This document shows positions 48,736 to 59,327 of a DNA stretch of 64,000 nucleotides, one piece after another. The notes beneath the pieces were generated by a model. It searched no databases and was not told the origin of the DNA. It worked only from the letters and a program-made list of their open reading frames with translations. How positions within the stretch are numbered: position 1 is the first letter of the stretch; every line of letters begins with the position of its first letter. The stretch comes from Anaerolineae bacterium (lineage in GTDB: Bacteria; Chloroflexota; Anaerolineae; B4-G1; SLSP01): NCBI GenBank assembly GCA_025454475.1, contig JALOOJ010000014.1:179-64178 (forward strand). Reading direction: 5' to 3'. The position numbers were made by a program, and so were the translations under genes.

Positions 48736-50265
48736 TTGGATGTGGACGATTTGATTCATGCCTCTACGCCTTCGGAGTCTGTGGAAAGCCAAGTAGAAGA
48801 GCCCAGTGCTGTGCAGCAAGAGGTTGTGGCTGTGACGCCGGACGTTGCCGAGCCAACTGCTTCGCCTAAGGTGGCTGAAGTGCGAGCCCCGGTTGCTGCG
48901 GCTGTACCCAAAGAGGCAACGGCCTCCTGGGAGGAGCAACTCGAGGAGTCGCTCAATGCCAGTACGATCAAGCGTGGCGAGTTGCGCGAGGGCACCATCC
49001 TCTCTCGCCGTAGCGATGGCTTTGTCGTTGACATTGGGGCCAAGCGTGACGGCTTTGTACCTTTTGAGGATCTTGCAGAAGTCCACGGCCGTGAGTTCAA
49101 CGTGGGTGACTTGGTTCCTGTCGTTGTGGCGCGGTTCCGTGACTCCGATGGCAACGTGGAGCTTTCCATTTCCCAGGCTCTCCTGCAGGAGGACTGGCTC
49201 ATCGCGGAGAGACTTCTTGAGAGCCAGGATGTCTATGAGTCGCGTGTCACAGGGGCTAACCGTGGTGGCTTGACCGTTGAGTTTGGTCGACTTCGTGGTT
49301 TTGTGCCGATGTCGCAGCTCATTGGTTTCAACCGTATTCGTCAACCCGGAGAGCGCCAGCGCCGCCTGGAGGCGATGGTCGACGAGGAGATTCTGCTCAA
49401 AGTCATTGAGGTGAACCGTCGGCGACGCCGGCTGATCTTGTCCCAGCGCGCTGCGGCCAAGGAATGGCGCGCTACGCGGCGTCAGGATTTACTTGAGGAG
49501 CTCGAAGCCGACCAGGTGCGCAGGGGGCGTATCAGCCAGATCACGGACTTTGGCCTCTTTGTGAACCTTGGTGGCATGGATGGGTTGGTGCACATTTCTG
49601 AGCTCTCATGGGGTCGCATCGAGAACCCCAGTGAGGTATATCACGTTGGACAACGAGTCAAGGTCAAGGTTCTCAATATCGACCGAGACCGGCAGCGGAT
49701 CGCGTTGAGCATCAAGGCGCTCGCCCCCGATCCGTGGGAAAGCGTGGTCGAGCGCTACAACATCGGTCGGTTGGTGCAAGGACGTGTGACCCAGGTTGTG
49801 GACTTCGGCGTCTTCATTGAGCTTGAGCCGGGCGTTGAGGGTTTGCTGCACAACTCCGAGTTGCGTGACGTCGCGCAGCGTGAAGATATGGTCTCCGGTG
49901 AGGCCGTGTTGGTGAAGGTAATTCGGGTTGAGTCGGACCGGCGCCGCATCGGTTTGAGCGTTCGCCAGGTGCGTCCCGAAGAGTGGGAGGAATGGGCGCT
50001 CGCTCAGATCGCCGAGGAGCAGGTCGCCCCGTCCGAGGATGACGGTGACGAAGACGTCGAGGATGATCTCGATTTTGGCGATGTCAGCACGCATCCGAGT
50101 GCTGATATCGGTGCTGGTGCCGCTGCTGATGAAGGCCTCGACGACGAAGATGCCGAAGAGGATTTTGGTGTCGATGAGGGTGACAACGCTGACGAAGACG
50201 TCATTGACGATGTCGTCGAGGGTGACAAGATCAGTAATGTAGACAGTATGGAGTCGGAAGGTTAG
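48736..50265 (+). CDS. rpsA: 30S ribosomal protein S1 (four S1 domains, long acidic D/E-rich C-terminal tail)
   Basis: Four S1 repeats (GxV..V..FG.FV.LG...GL.HISE...). Start codon TTG 48736 or GTG 48742. Confidence 0.85.
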   Translation: MDVDDLIHASTPSESVESQVEEPSAVQQEVVAVTPDVAEPTASPKVAEVRAPVAAAVPKEATASWEEQLEESLNASTIKRGELREGTILSRRSDGFVVDIGAKRDGFVPFEDLAEVHGREFNVGDLVPVVVARFRDSDGNVELSISQALLQEDWLIAERLLESQDVYESRVTGANRGGLTVEFGRLRGFVPMSQLIGFNRIRQPGERQRRLEAMVDEEILLKVIEVNRRRRRLILSQRAAAKEWRATRRQDLLEELEADQVRRGRISQITDFGLFVNLGGMDGLVHISELSWGRIENPSEVYHVGQRVKVKVLNIDRDRQRIALSIKALAPDPWESVVERYNIGRLVQGRVTQVVDFGVFIELEPGVEGLLHNSELRDVAQREDMVSGEAVLVKVIRVESDRRRIGLSVRQVRPEEWEEWALAQIAEEQVAPSEDDGDEDVEDDLDFGDVSTHPSADIGAGAAADEGLDDEDAEEDFGVDEGDNADEDVIDDVVEGDKISNVDSMESEG

Positions 50266-50275
50266 AGTTGTAAGT

Positions 50276-50527
50276 ATGACAACAAAGGAAGAGAAGATCG
50301 TTGTTGAGGGTTTGGTAGTCGAAGCCCTCCCCGCCACCCAGTTCAAGGTCAAGCTGGAGACTGGTCACGAGGTTCTGGCGTACCTCTCCGGTAAGATGCG
50401 CAAGTACTACATCCGGATTCTGCTGGGCGATCGTGTGCGGGTGGAGCTTTCTCCCTACGATCTGACGCGCGGACGTATCGTCTATCGCCACAAGAAAATG
50501 CGGTTGGGCGATCCTGACGAGGAGTAA
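50276..50527 (+). CDS. infA: translation initiation factor IF-1 (with ~10-aa C-terminal extension)
   Basis: [62 protein letters not shown] is near-identical to canonical IF-1. Confidence 0.85.
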   Translation: MTTKEEKIVVEGLVVEALPATQFKVKLETGHEVLAYLSGKMRKYYIRILLGDRVRVELSPYDLTRGRIVYRHKKMRLGDPDEE

Positions 50528-50552
50528 AACTCGCTTCACGTGAGCACATACG

Positions 50553-50590
50553 GACGCCGGCCTACCCTGTGGGGGCCGGTGTCTTGTTAG
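50553..50590 (+). terminator. probable intrinsic terminator after infA (GC stem ccggcc...ggccgg followed by TGTCTTGTT)
   Basis: Inverted repeat plus T-rich tract seen in the sequence. Confidence 0.45.
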
Positions 50591-50620
50591 TTGGAGCCTA
50601 GGTATCGTGGGAGCCTTTAT

Positions 50621-51472
50621 ATGGATCTCTATCAAGCTATCCTCAGTCGCCATTCCGTGAGGCGCTATCGCAACGAGCCGTTGGACAAAGAGACATTGGC
50701 TATGATCGATGACATCGCCGCTCATGTGAGACCCCTCGTCCCGGAGAATCGTTTTCGCTTTATGCGACGTGATGTCGTCAGTGGTGAGGATCTCATCGCG
50801 GCAATGGGGGGGTACGGGCGGGTGCTTACTCCGCCGCACTACCTGGTGGCTTATACAGTGGGCGACCGTGCGCCCCTAGTGGATCTTGGCTATCGTATGG
50901 AGCAGATCTGCGTGCAGATGGTGCAGTTGGGTGTCAGTGTCTGCTTTATCGGCAGTCTGGGTCGGGAAGACAATGTGCGCGTGCGGTTCCGGTTGACTCG
51001 TGGCGGCCGAACAGGTGCCTTCTTGATCTTTGGGCGAGCTGCCGAGACCGTGACAGGGCGGACGATCAACGCCGTCATCCGTAGGACGTCCGGCGGAGCT
51101 ACCCGGTTGGACCCAGAGGATATCTTCTACGATGGGGCGTTCGACAGCCCCGCGGTGCCTCCCAAACACCTGGCCAAGCTGGTCGATGCCGGTCGGCGCG
51201 CTCCATCGGCCAATAACGCCCAGCCGTGGCGGTTTCTGTGGCGAGATGGCGATCTGTGGCTTCTGCTGGAGAAGCATCATATCCGCTATGGCAGCAGTTC
51301 GGTGCTTCAGGAGTACCGGTATTTCGATGGTGGTATCTGCATGGCCAACCTTATGATGGCGATGGAGGCGCTCGATATGCCCGGTCGCCTGCATCTGCTC
51401 GGCCCGGCGGATCCCTCTCCGGAGGGCCTGCCCGACAGACTCGAGCCATTGGCGAGGATAATACTGAACTGA
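50621..51472 (+). CDS. nitroreductase-family protein
   Basis: N-terminal AILSRHSVRRY motif typical of nitroreductase/SagB-like fold, duplicated domain pattern. Confidence 0.7.
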   Translation: MDLYQAILSRHSVRRYRNEPLDKETLAMIDDIAAHVRPLVPENRFRFMRRDVVSGEDLIAAMGGYGRVLTPPHYLVAYTVGDRAPLVDLGYRMEQICVQMVQLGVSVCFIGSLGREDNVRVRFRLTRGGRTGAFLIFGRAAETVTGRTINAVIRRTSGGATRLDPEDIFYDGAFDSPAVPPKHLAKLVDAGRRAPSANNAQPWRFLWRDGDLWLLLEKHHIRYGSSSVLQEYRYFDGGICMANLMMAMEALDMPGRLHLLGPADPSPEGLPDRLEPLARIILN

Positions 51473-51479
51473 CGCCCAC

Positions 51480-52691
51480 CTATGGCGTTTCGACTGGGAT
51501 GATGATCCCTTCCGAGACCCGTAACGTGGTCGTACGTTTCCGGAAGCTGTCCGGGAACAACTCGGCATCCGTCGTCGCCAGGATAGTTTGCTCGACATTA
51601 CCCAGCAGGTCCAGTAGGTAGTTGCGCCGAGCTCGATCGAGCTCAGCGAGGACCTCATCAAGGAGCAGGACCGGCGATTCCCCCGTGGTCTGCTCTAGCC
51701 AACGTAGTTCGGCCAGGTGCAGGGCCAGTACCGAGGTGCGCTGCTGACCACGCGAGCCAAAGGTCCCCATATCGCGTTCATTGGAGATGAAGCGCATCTC
51801 GTCGCGGTGGGGACCGACCAAGGTCATTCCCCTGTCGATTTCCTGGGCGCGTTTGCGCGCGAGCGCTTCGCGGTACGCGGTATAAAGCGCTTCCACATCC
51901 AGGGTTCGCTCCTCCGCATCCTCGGGTAGTAGCCCCATCTGATCGGCTGCAGGGGGCCGTACGGGGTCGAAGTTGGGCTCATATTGTAGCCTGAGCCAGG
52001 CTTGTCCACCGGTCAACTCCCGATGCAGTCGATCGATATGTATGGTGAGCTCGCGGATCACCTGCTGGCGATAGAGTGAGACCGTGACGCCGGTTCGGAC
52101 AATGCGCTCCTCCAGAGGAGCCAGCTGCATCGGATCTCCCCCATGCCGGCGCAGGTGCCGCAGCAGGGCATTCCGTCGCGAGACTGCGTGACGATAGGCA
52201 TCATAGACCTCGACATAGGTTGGATAGACCTGTGAGAGCAAGTTGTCGAGGTAGGCGCGTCGCCCCACCGGCGGGCCGTGGACGAGCGCAAGGTCCTCAG
52301 GCAAGAAGAGCACGACGTTGAGATGGCCGGCGAGGTTTGACCGCCGAATGGGTCGCTGGTCGATACGCACGCTCTTCTGCATGCGCTGGTGGCCATTGGA
52401 TAATGGCTTCCGCTCGATGGCGACCTCCAGCGTCTCCGTGCAATCGCGCCGCACGACCTCGGCCCTCACGTGTGAGAAGGGGAGACTGGCCTCCTCAGCG
52501 CCCCAATGGATGACTTGTTGGTCCACGCTGGTAAGGGGAGAGGCGCCGATGGCGAGAAACGCGATCGCCTCGAGCAAGCTGGTCTTTCCCTGCGCATTTG
52601 CTCCCAGGAGCAGAATGGGGCCAGCGGGCAGATCCAGCTCCAGGCGGTTGTACGTGCGGAATTGCCGCAGGCTAAGGCTTCGGATACGCAT
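51480..52691 (-). CDS. recF: DNA replication and repair protein RecF
   Basis: MRIRSLSLRQFRTY, Walker A GANAQGKTSLLEAI, signature and Walker B LLLDEVLAELD. Confidence 0.85.
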   Translation of the reverse strand: MRIRSLSLRQFRTYNRLELDLPAGPILLLGANAQGKTSLLEAIAFLAIGASPLTSVDQQVIHWGAEEASLPFSHVRAEVVRRDCTETLEVAIERKPLSNGHQRMQKSVRIDQRPIRRSNLAGHLNVVLFLPEDLALVHGPPVGRRAYLDNLLSQVYPTYVEVYDAYRHAVSRRNALLRHLRRHGGDPMQLAPLEERIVRTGVTVSLYRQQVIRELTIHIDRLHRELTGGQAWLRLQYEPNFDPVRPPAADQMGLLPEDAEERTLDVEALYTAYREALARKRAQEIDRGMTLVGPHRDEMRFISNERDMGTFGSRGQQRTSVLALHLAELRWLEQTTGESPVLLLDEVLAELDRARRNYLLDLLGNVEQTILATTDAELFPDSFRKRTTTLRVSEGIIIPVETP

Positions 52692-52825
52692 CGGAGGCGT
52701 ATTGTAGCACGGGCGATCGGAAGCTCAATGCTGGTTCAGGCAGGTTTGTGACTGGGGTGAACTGTGGTAGGGTAGGTGCTGTGCCGAATAGGGCGATCCT
52801 TTACCGGAGTCAGGAGGGAGCGTAC

Positions 52826-55399
52826 ATGCGACCAAAGCCGATTCGCACGTTTTCCATTGTCCCATCGTTGCCCGAGCCGTTGCTGCCACTCTGGCGCCTG
52901 GCCTACAATCTGCGCTGGGCTTGGAAGCACGATGCTATTGAGCTTTTTATCCGATTGGACAGTGAGTTATGGGAGCGGACGAACCACAATCCTGTTCGTA
53001 TGCTCGGGATGGTCAGCCAGGAGCGGTTGGAGAAGCTAGCTACCGACGTTGGGTTTCTGGCGCACCTCGAGCGGGCAACGGCGTACCTGGACGACTATAC
53101 GGGCCAGACGGAGTCTTCGTGGTACAGCCGGACGTATGGCAAGAAGGGCTCGGCGCCCATCGCCTATTTCTCGCTTGAGTTCGGACTGACTGAGTCGCTC
53201 ACTATTTTCGCCGGGGGCCTCGGCGTGCTTGCTGGCGACCACCTCAAGTCATCGAGTGACCTCAACGTTCCGCTGGTGGGGGTGGGCCTGCTGTATCAGC
53301 AGGGCTACTTCCAGCAGTATCTGAACCAGGCCGGATGGCAGCAGGAAGCCTATGAGGACAACCACTTCGACAATCTGCCCCTGACCCTTGAGCGGTTGCC
53401 CAACGGCGATCCTCTGACCGTGGACGTTCAGTTCCCTGGACACAAGGTGTTCGCCCAGGTATGGCGGGCCCAAGTTGGGCGCATCCCCCTCTACTTGCTG
53501 GATACCAACACGGCACTTAATAGCCGCCCGCAGGATCGTGACATTACCGATCAGCTCTATGGAGGGGACCAGGATCTGCGGATCAAGCAAGAGATCCTCC
53601 TGGGGATTGGCGGCTATCGGGCATTGCAGGCGCTGGGCCTGGCGCCGGTTGTCTATCATATGAACGAGGGGCACTCGGCTTTTCTGGCCCTGGAACACAT
53701 CCGAAGGCTAATGGTCGATCACAACCTCACTTTTGCCGCGGCACGCGAGGCAGCCTCGGCGAGTTGTGTGTTTACCACGCACACGCCGGTGCCAGCGGGT
53801 CACGATCGCTTCCCAGCCCCCCTGATGCAGCACTACTTCAACGATTATGCTACGCGTGAGTTGTCCTTGGGCTGGAATGACTTTATGGAACTGGGGCGCG
53901 AGAACCGTTTTGACGCCAATGAACCTTTCTGCATGACTGTTCTGGCTATCAAGTTGTCATCGTACACTAACGGCGTGAGCGCTCTCCACGGTGAGGTGTC
54001 GCAGGAGATGTGGCAGAATCTGTGGCCCGGGGTGCCACAGCAAGAGATCCCGATCTCGCATGTCACGAATGGGGTCCATATCCTCTCCTGGATCTCTCGA
54101 GATATGAAGGTGCTTTACGACCGCTATCTCGGCCCGCGGTGGCGTGAGGAGCCTGGTGATCGGGAGGTGTGGCGGCTGGCCAGGGATATCCCGGCCGATG
54201 AGCTATGGCGCACGCACGAGCGCCGCCGAGAGCTGCTCGTGGGCGTGACTCGGCAGCGCTTGCATCGACAGTTGGAGCAGCGCGGCGCACTGCCCAGCGA
54301 CATCCGTGCGGCTGACGAAGTCCTCGATCCAGAAGCCCTAACCATCGGGTTGGCGCGTCGTTTTGCGACGTACAAACGCGCCACACTGATCATGCGGGAC
54401 CCGGATCGCCTCGACCGCATCCTCAATGACCCCCAGCGTCCGGTTCAGATCATCTTCTCCGGAAAAGCACATCCCCGTGACGACCCCGGCAAGGCGATGA
54501 TTCAGCAGATCGTGGCCCTGAGCCGGGAGGATCGCTTCCGCAACCGTATCGTCTTTCTTGAGGACTATGACATGATCGTGGCCCGTTATCTGGTCCAGGG
54601 CTGCGACGTCTGGTTGAACACGCCCAGCCGACCAAGAGAGGCGAGTGGCACCAGTGGCATGAAGGCTGCCGCCAATGGCGTGCTGAATATCAGCACGCTG
54701 GATGGTTGGTGGGCTGAGGCCTACCGCCGTGAGGTGGGTTGGGCTATCGGCCGGGGTGAGACGTACAACGATGCCGAATACCAGGATCGCCTCGAGGCAG
54801 CGGCGCTCTATGATCTTCTGGAACGCGACGTCATCCCTATGTTCTACGACCACGAAGGGCGCGTCCCGCGCCGTTGGGCCGAGCAGATGAAGGCCAGTAT
54901 TGCGGACCTTTCCTACTTCTTTAACACCAACCGGATGGTGGCGGAGTACACGGATAGATTCTACGTCCCCTTGGCGGCGCGATATCGCAGCCTTGCCGAG
55001 GACGAGTTCGCGGGGGCAAAGGATCTTGCGGCCTGGCGTGAGAGGGTTCTACGCGACTGGTCGCAGATCCGCGTGAATTCGGTCAACGGCGATCTGCCGG
55101 TCCAGATCCATGTGGGGCGAACGTTTACAGCACACGCCGAAATCTACCTTGGTACCCTGCAGCCAGAGGACGTATGCGTCGAGCTCTATATCGGATTGGT
55201 CAATCCAAGTGGCGAACTGGTTCGGGGACGCCCGGTCACGATGCAGGTCAGTGAGAAACTCGACGGGCAGCGGTATCTCTATGCGGCGGACGCTGAGTGC
55301 GCGATGAGCGGCCTGCACGGGTATACGGTGCGGGTCTTGCCCTATCACGAGGACCTGGTGACCCTATTCCAGCCCGGGATGATACGTTGGGCCGGCTAA
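52826..55399 (+). CDS. glgP: alpha-glucan phosphorylase, second paralog (GlgP-like with ~150-aa C-terminal extension)
   Basis: Same motif set as 3388-5562 (WKHDAIELF...NPV, GGLGVLAGDH, EGHSAF, TTHTPVPAGHD, GKAHPRDDPGK, ASGTSGMKAAANG). Start at Met 52826 preceded by AGGAGG. Confidence 0.85.
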   Translation: MRPKPIRTFSIVPSLPEPLLPLWRLAYNLRWAWKHDAIELFIRLDSELWERTNHNPVRMLGMVSQERLEKLATDVGFLAHLERATAYLDDYTGQTESSWYSRTYGKKGSAPIAYFSLEFGLTESLTIFAGGLGVLAGDHLKSSSDLNVPLVGVGLLYQQGYFQQYLNQAGWQQEAYEDNHFDNLPLTLERLPNGDPLTVDVQFPGHKVFAQVWRAQVGRIPLYLLDTNTALNSRPQDRDITDQLYGGDQDLRIKQEILLGIGGYRALQALGLAPVVYHMNEGHSAFLALEHIRRLMVDHNLTFAAAREAASASCVFTTHTPVPAGHDRFPAPLMQHYFNDYATRELSLGWNDFMELGRENRFDANEPFCMTVLAIKLSSYTNGVSALHGEVSQEMWQNLWPGVPQQEIPISHVTNGVHILSWISRDMKVLYDRYLGPRWREEPGDREVWRLARDIPADELWRTHERRRELLVGVTRQRLHRQLEQRGALPSDIRAADEVLDPEALTIGLARRFATYKRATLIMRDPDRLDRILNDPQRPVQIIFSGKAHPRDDPGKAMIQQIVALSREDRFRNRIVFLEDYDMIVARYLVQGCDVWLNTPSRPREASGTSGMKAAANGVLNISTLDGWWAEAYRREVGWAIGRGETYNDAEYQDRLEAAALYDLLERDVIPMFYDHEGRVPRRWAEQMKASIADLSYFFNTNRMVAEYTDRFYVPLAARYRSLAEDEFAGAKDLAAWRERVLRDWSQIRVNSVNGDLPVQIHVGRTFTAHAEIYLGTLQPEDVCVELYIGLVNPSGELVRGRPVTMQVSEKLDGQRYLYAADAECAMSGLHGYTVRVLPYHEDLVTLFQPGMIRWAG

Positions 55400-56281
55400 G
55401 CTGACCTCAAGAACGCGATCCCTCCCCTCCAGATCCTGATGTATCTGGAGGTGGGTGGCTTGATGCCCACGTCGTGTGAATATTCGCTGAGCCAGCTCCA
55501 TCACGGCGCTGGCTTGCTGCTCACCAATCTCCGTTAACAGACATCCCCCGGGCGCCAGTCGCGTTGCCGCTTGTCGCAACAGCCGCTCAATGGCATCTAG
55601 TCCCTCCGGCCCAGAGATCAGAGCCGCACGAGGCTCATGCCGGACCGAGCACGGAAGGTCCTGCCATTCTGCCTCGGCGATGTAGGGCGGATTGCTGACA
55701 ATCAAGTCCACGGGCGCGGCGAACGGTGTCAGCAGATCGGTCTGTACCCACGCCAGGCGCTCCGCCACGCTGTTGCGCTGCGCGTTCGCTCGGGCCACTG
55801 CCAGTGCTGCAGCCGAGATGTCCGCGGCCCAAATACGCGACGAAGGCACTGCCGCCGCTAGTGCCACCGCGATACACCCGGACCCAGTGCCAACGTCGAC
55901 CACGCGCTGCGCGCGCTGTACCCCGGAGTGGTGCCATGCTGAGAGCCGGGGCAGTGCCAGCTCCACCAGCAGCTCCGTTTCGGGACGTGGGATCAGAACC
56001 GCCGGCGTAACACCGAACTCCAGCCCGAAGAACTCGACGAATCCCAGGATGTACGGTAACGGGACGCCGGTAGCTCGGCGTTGCACTGCATCCGTGAAGC
56101 GATCGACTTGGGCTGGTGCGAGCGGCCATTCGGGGTGAGCCAGAACTGCGGTCCGCTCAAGGTGCAGTATCCAGGCAAGCAGGCGCTCTGCCTCATTGTG
56201 AGGACGATCGGTTGTTCGCTGAAGTTGGACGACTGCCCACTGCAGCGCCTCGCGAATTGCGAGCAGGCTTGGCGATGTCAC
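55364..56281 (-). CDS. prmC: release factor glutamine N5-methyltransferase PrmC (HemK)
   Basis: VDVGTGSGCIAVALA SAM motif, NPPY catalytic motif (IVSNPPYI). Start placed at GTG 56281 downstream of the upstream gene's stop; the longer ORF is excluded. Confidence 0.7.
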   Translation of the reverse strand: MTSPSLLAIREALQWAVVQLQRTTDRPHNEAERLLAWILHLERTAVLAHPEWPLAPAQVDRFTDAVQRRATGVPLPYILGFVEFFGLEFGVTPAVLIPRPETELLVELALPRLSAWHHSGVQRAQRVVDVGTGSGCIAVALAAAVPSSRIWAADISAAALAVARANAQRNSVAERLAWVQTDLLTPFAAPVDLIVSNPPYIAEAEWQDLPCSVRHEPRAALISGPEGLDAIERLLRQAATRLAPGGCLLTEIGEQQASAVMELAQRIFTRRGHQATHLQIHQDLEGRDRVLEVSLAGPTYHPGLE

Positions 56282-56310
56282 GGCCGGCGCGGTGTTCCCT
56301 AAGCCGAGGT

Positions 56311-56994
56311 CTACTCGTTGCGGAAGCGGGCCTCGAGTTTCTCCAGCAGTTCTGCGGCTTCGACCAGCTTGTCGAGCGGGTTCTGCTTGCCCGTGAAATA
56401 GCGGTAATCGCAAGGCATAATATCCAGCTTTGTTACCAGCGTCTCGTGGTGTTTTCTGATGGTTTCTGCTGAGCTCTCGTAGGTATTGACGAGCTCTTCC
56501 AGCGAAACGTCGTGTAGGTTCACCTTGCGTACGGTGTAGTCCAATGCGGCGGCCCAAGCTTCGGGCTTGGGGATGGCGAGCGGTTCTTCGCCCAGGCTTA
56601 TACGGAACTCCACCCACATCTGGATCGCCGCACCCGTTAGGTCGATGGGTAGATGCGAGGCAGTCATCTTCTCGGTGAGCTGGTTCTCAACTGGGTCCAT
56701 CCCACTGGCAAAGAGCTGCTCGATGCGACTGGCTACCTTCGACTCGGGCTCGAGTCTGAGGTAGTTGGCCAGTGCTCTCAGAGCCCGGTCGAAGTCTCCC
56801 GAGCGCGACAGCACCTGCGCCAGGCGCATCTGGTAGGCCGCGTTGTCCGGATGCAACGCTACGACTGCTTCCAGTCCCCGCACTGCATCCTCAACATCCC
56901 AGCGCTCGTATGCCGCAAGTGCCTTGTCGTAAAGTGTCTGGGCTTTGCGCCGTTTGACCGCTGCTGACTGATCTGGACTCATCGCGACCTCCAT
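56311..56994 (-). CDS. TPR-repeat protein
   Basis: Helical TPR-like repeats (AAYERWDVEDAVRGLEAVVALHPDNAAYQMRLAQVLSRSGDFDRALRALANYLRLEP). Confidence 0.6.
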   Translation of the reverse strand: MEVAMSPDQSAAVKRRKAQTLYDKALAAYERWDVEDAVRGLEAVVALHPDNAAYQMRLAQVLSRSGDFDRALRALANYLRLEPESKVASRIEQLFASGMDPVENQLTEKMTASHLPIDLTGAAIQMWVEFRISLGEEPLAIPKPEAWAAALDYTVRKVNLHDVSLEELVNTYESSAETIRKHHETLVTKLDIMPCDYRYFTGKQNPLDKLVEAAELLEKLEARFRNE

Positions 56995-57109
56995 AGGTGA
57001 TCACGCCGTATGCATGTCCATTATAGCATTGACGGCAGGTCTGCAAACAGAGCGTAAGATTTCGGTATGCGCACGCGGATGCGCTGCTCCAGACGCTGGG
57101 GAGAGCGCG

Positions 57110-59326
57110 TCACCACCAATGCTCGGACGCTACTTCGACACCCCAGGAGTCCAGCAACGCCATAACCTCACTCCAGTGTGCTTCGTTGACGATCGCCAGG
57201 CTTTCCAGACCGGGCAGAGGGCGCAGCCAGCGATGCAGGGCTGGGTCCGCAGCGCGCAGTTCGGCCAACGCCTCGTTGCGTTTGAGGTGGAGCAAGCGTA
57301 CCTGGGAAGTCTGGCCGTCGCCAAAGTGCTTGCCCCACGCTTTGACAAGTTTTTCCAAGCCGTCTGGGGGAGGCGCACCGGTTAGCATCTTCAGGCGGGC
57401 AATCACCTCAAGCGGGGGAGTGCCCAACGCTGCTGCCGCCTGAATAGACTGTGGGGTGAGGCGCCAACGGTTTCCGTGCGGTTCAGCGAACCGGGCCAAG
57501 GCGGCGCTTACATAGAGGCTGGGCAGTGCGGTGCGCGACTCCAGCTCACCATCACGCCACCGCATACTGTTTGGGAGGTCGGCTTGAGCTCCATGCGATA
57601 CTGCTGGGAGTAGTTCGTGTGCCTGGAGGCGCTGTCGGACCAGATCGGTGTCCTCCGGTACGAACCATGCGGAACGATCGTCAATGCGATGAAGATGCTG
57701 GCCAAGTTGAGGATCATCCAACAGCGCGGTCAGGCGTTCCCCACTATCGACTTGCAGGATCCTTGCGCTGCGCCGGACAGTGATCCGCTCATACTGCCGA
57801 TACCACTCCTCAAGCGAGCGGTGGATGTTTTGGGGGATCGGCTGGCCTGTGGTTTCTTCCAGGTATGCCAGTATGGTCGGCACTGTCTCGCCCGCTCGCA
57901 GCGCGCGGTAGATCGATTCGCGGTTGAGCCGGTACGTGACGACGCTCTCATCGATCTTCTCGCGGTGCGCGACTTGCTCGATACCGGCCAGAACACGCAA
58001 CGGGATGGGGCCTAATGCCAGAACTTGGAAATCGGGTTGCAGGATCACTTGCCAGGGCTGGTCCTGATGGCTTGGTACGGTCTGTCCAAGGGTCTGATCC
58101 GTGCGTAGCGCCACCAGATCCTTCGAGTCGGCCTCGCTGTACCCTAGCTCGACCAGTCCCATGGCACACAACTCCTCCAGTGCGCGCTGGACCCATGCTC
58201 GCTCTATCCCCTTCAGATTGGCCTCCACCTCGCGTTGATAGGCGCTGCCATACCAGCGATATTGGTCATAAACAACGGCCAGGATGTTGTCATCGAGGAC
58301 AAGGCCGCCCGCTTGGTCGCCTGTCAGCAGGCTCAGGAGGGTGGAGAAGGACCACCAGCCGGGAGCGGAGGCCTGTACAAGCGTAGCCAGGATCTGACTG
58401 CGCACGTCGCTGGGTGCGCGTAGGTCAAATCCCTGGAGATGCCCGGTCAGGCGAGAGGTCGCGCGATCGCTAGAAAGCGGCGATGACATGCGGGCATACG
58501 CTTGGCGCAGATCGCGTTGATATTGGGAGGTCTTCGCTCCCCAGAACAACGTGACAGCTTGGCCCTCAACCGCCGTGACCTCAGTGGGGGATTCGGTAAC
58601 CAGATTCAGCGCGGCGAGCACGTGGCAGAGCCACGCGACCTTCTCCAGCCCATCGGGTTCTTCGAGCGCCAGCGCCGCGCACAGTCGGCGTCTATCGCGT
58701 TTCCCGATGTCTCCTGTCTTGAGGCGCTGGGCGGGCTGATCTCGGAGGTGAGCCCACACGAAGAGGAGCTCGCGCAGGAATGCCTGCAGATCGCGTGACA
58801 CGACGTGATGCGGTGTCACGCTGCGTGCCAAGACCTGGCCCAGATCCGGCTGCGGTTCAGACAGCAGAGCGGTTGGAAGTAGACTGCGGACTTCTTCCGG
58901 GATGCCAAAGCGGCTCATCAGCGACAACGTCCGGCCGTCAGAGCTGCTGATTGGTGGGGTCACGTTCACGATCAGGCCCTTGCGCAACAGGTCGGACAAG
59001 ATGTCTCGGGTCCGCGGCCGGCGAGAAGCCTCGGGTTGGCCCTCGATATGCACCAGCCCGGCTAGCATCAGGGGGCGGGCCACGGTGGCAAGTGTGGTAG
59101 GTTCCGCGCAGTTGATCAAGATTGCCAACGCCGCCCGCTCGGTGTCGCTCAGCGCCTGGATGAATGCTTCCGAACGTGCCATCTTGGGGATGAGTCTGCC
59201 AAGCTCGGTGACTAGCCATCCCTTTCGCGGAGGAAAACGATCTGACTTGAGCGCGAGCTGATCGGCGATTTCCTGCAGTGCATTGATGTGGTAAGACTGC
59301 AGCGTGGCTTCCAGTTGTGGGACCAC
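57110..59326 (-). CDS. large uncharacterised XPB-operon protein B (738 aa), paralogous to the 639-aa neighbour
   Basis: Shares N-terminal (..L..L..LGL....R..LV..L...DP....E..V..LSEEE-like) and C-terminal (LKxxWxxxxG...VRLLHLKRNEALAELRA) modules with the ORF at 59328-61247. 1-2 nt spacing between operon genes. Confidence 0.55.
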   Translation of the reverse strand: MVPQLEATLQSYHINALQEIADQLALKSDRFPPRKGWLVTELGRLIPKMARSEAFIQALSDTERAALAILINCAEPTTLATVARPLMLAGLVHIEGQPEASRRPRTRDILSDLLRKGLIVNVTPPISSSDGRTLSLMSRFGIPEEVRSLLPTALLSEPQPDLGQVLARSVTPHHVVSRDLQAFLRELLFVWAHLRDQPAQRLKTGDIGKRDRRRLCAALALEEPDGLEKVAWLCHVLAALNLVTESPTEVTAVEGQAVTLFWGAKTSQYQRDLRQAYARMSSPLSSDRATSRLTGHLQGFDLRAPSDVRSQILATLVQASAPGWWSFSTLLSLLTGDQAGGLVLDDNILAVVYDQYRWYGSAYQREVEANLKGIERAWVQRALEELCAMGLVELGYSEADSKDLVALRTDQTLGQTVPSHQDQPWQVILQPDFQVLALGPIPLRVLAGIEQVAHREKIDESVVTYRLNRESIYRALRAGETVPTILAYLEETTGQPIPQNIHRSLEEWYRQYERITVRRSARILQVDSGERLTALLDDPQLGQHLHRIDDRSAWFVPEDTDLVRQRLQAHELLPAVSHGAQADLPNSMRWRDGELESRTALPSLYVSAALARFAEPHGNRWRLTPQSIQAAAALGTPPLEVIARLKMLTGAPPPDGLEKLVKAWGKHFGDGQTSQVRLLHLKRNEALAELRAADPALHRWLRPLPGLESLAIVNEAHWSEVMALLDSWGVEVASEHWW

Positions 59327-59327
59327 G

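Noticed and set aside
49606-50352. 248-aa minus-strand ORF
   Set aside because: Antisense to rpsA and infA.
50876-51661. 261-aa minus-strand ORF
   Set aside because: Antisense to the nitroreductase gene and overlapping the recF 3' end.
56282-56617. N-terminal ~110-aa extension of the prmC ORF
   Set aside because: It overlaps the upstream TPR gene in a different frame and is Arg/Pro-rich with no homology; start moved to GTG 56281.
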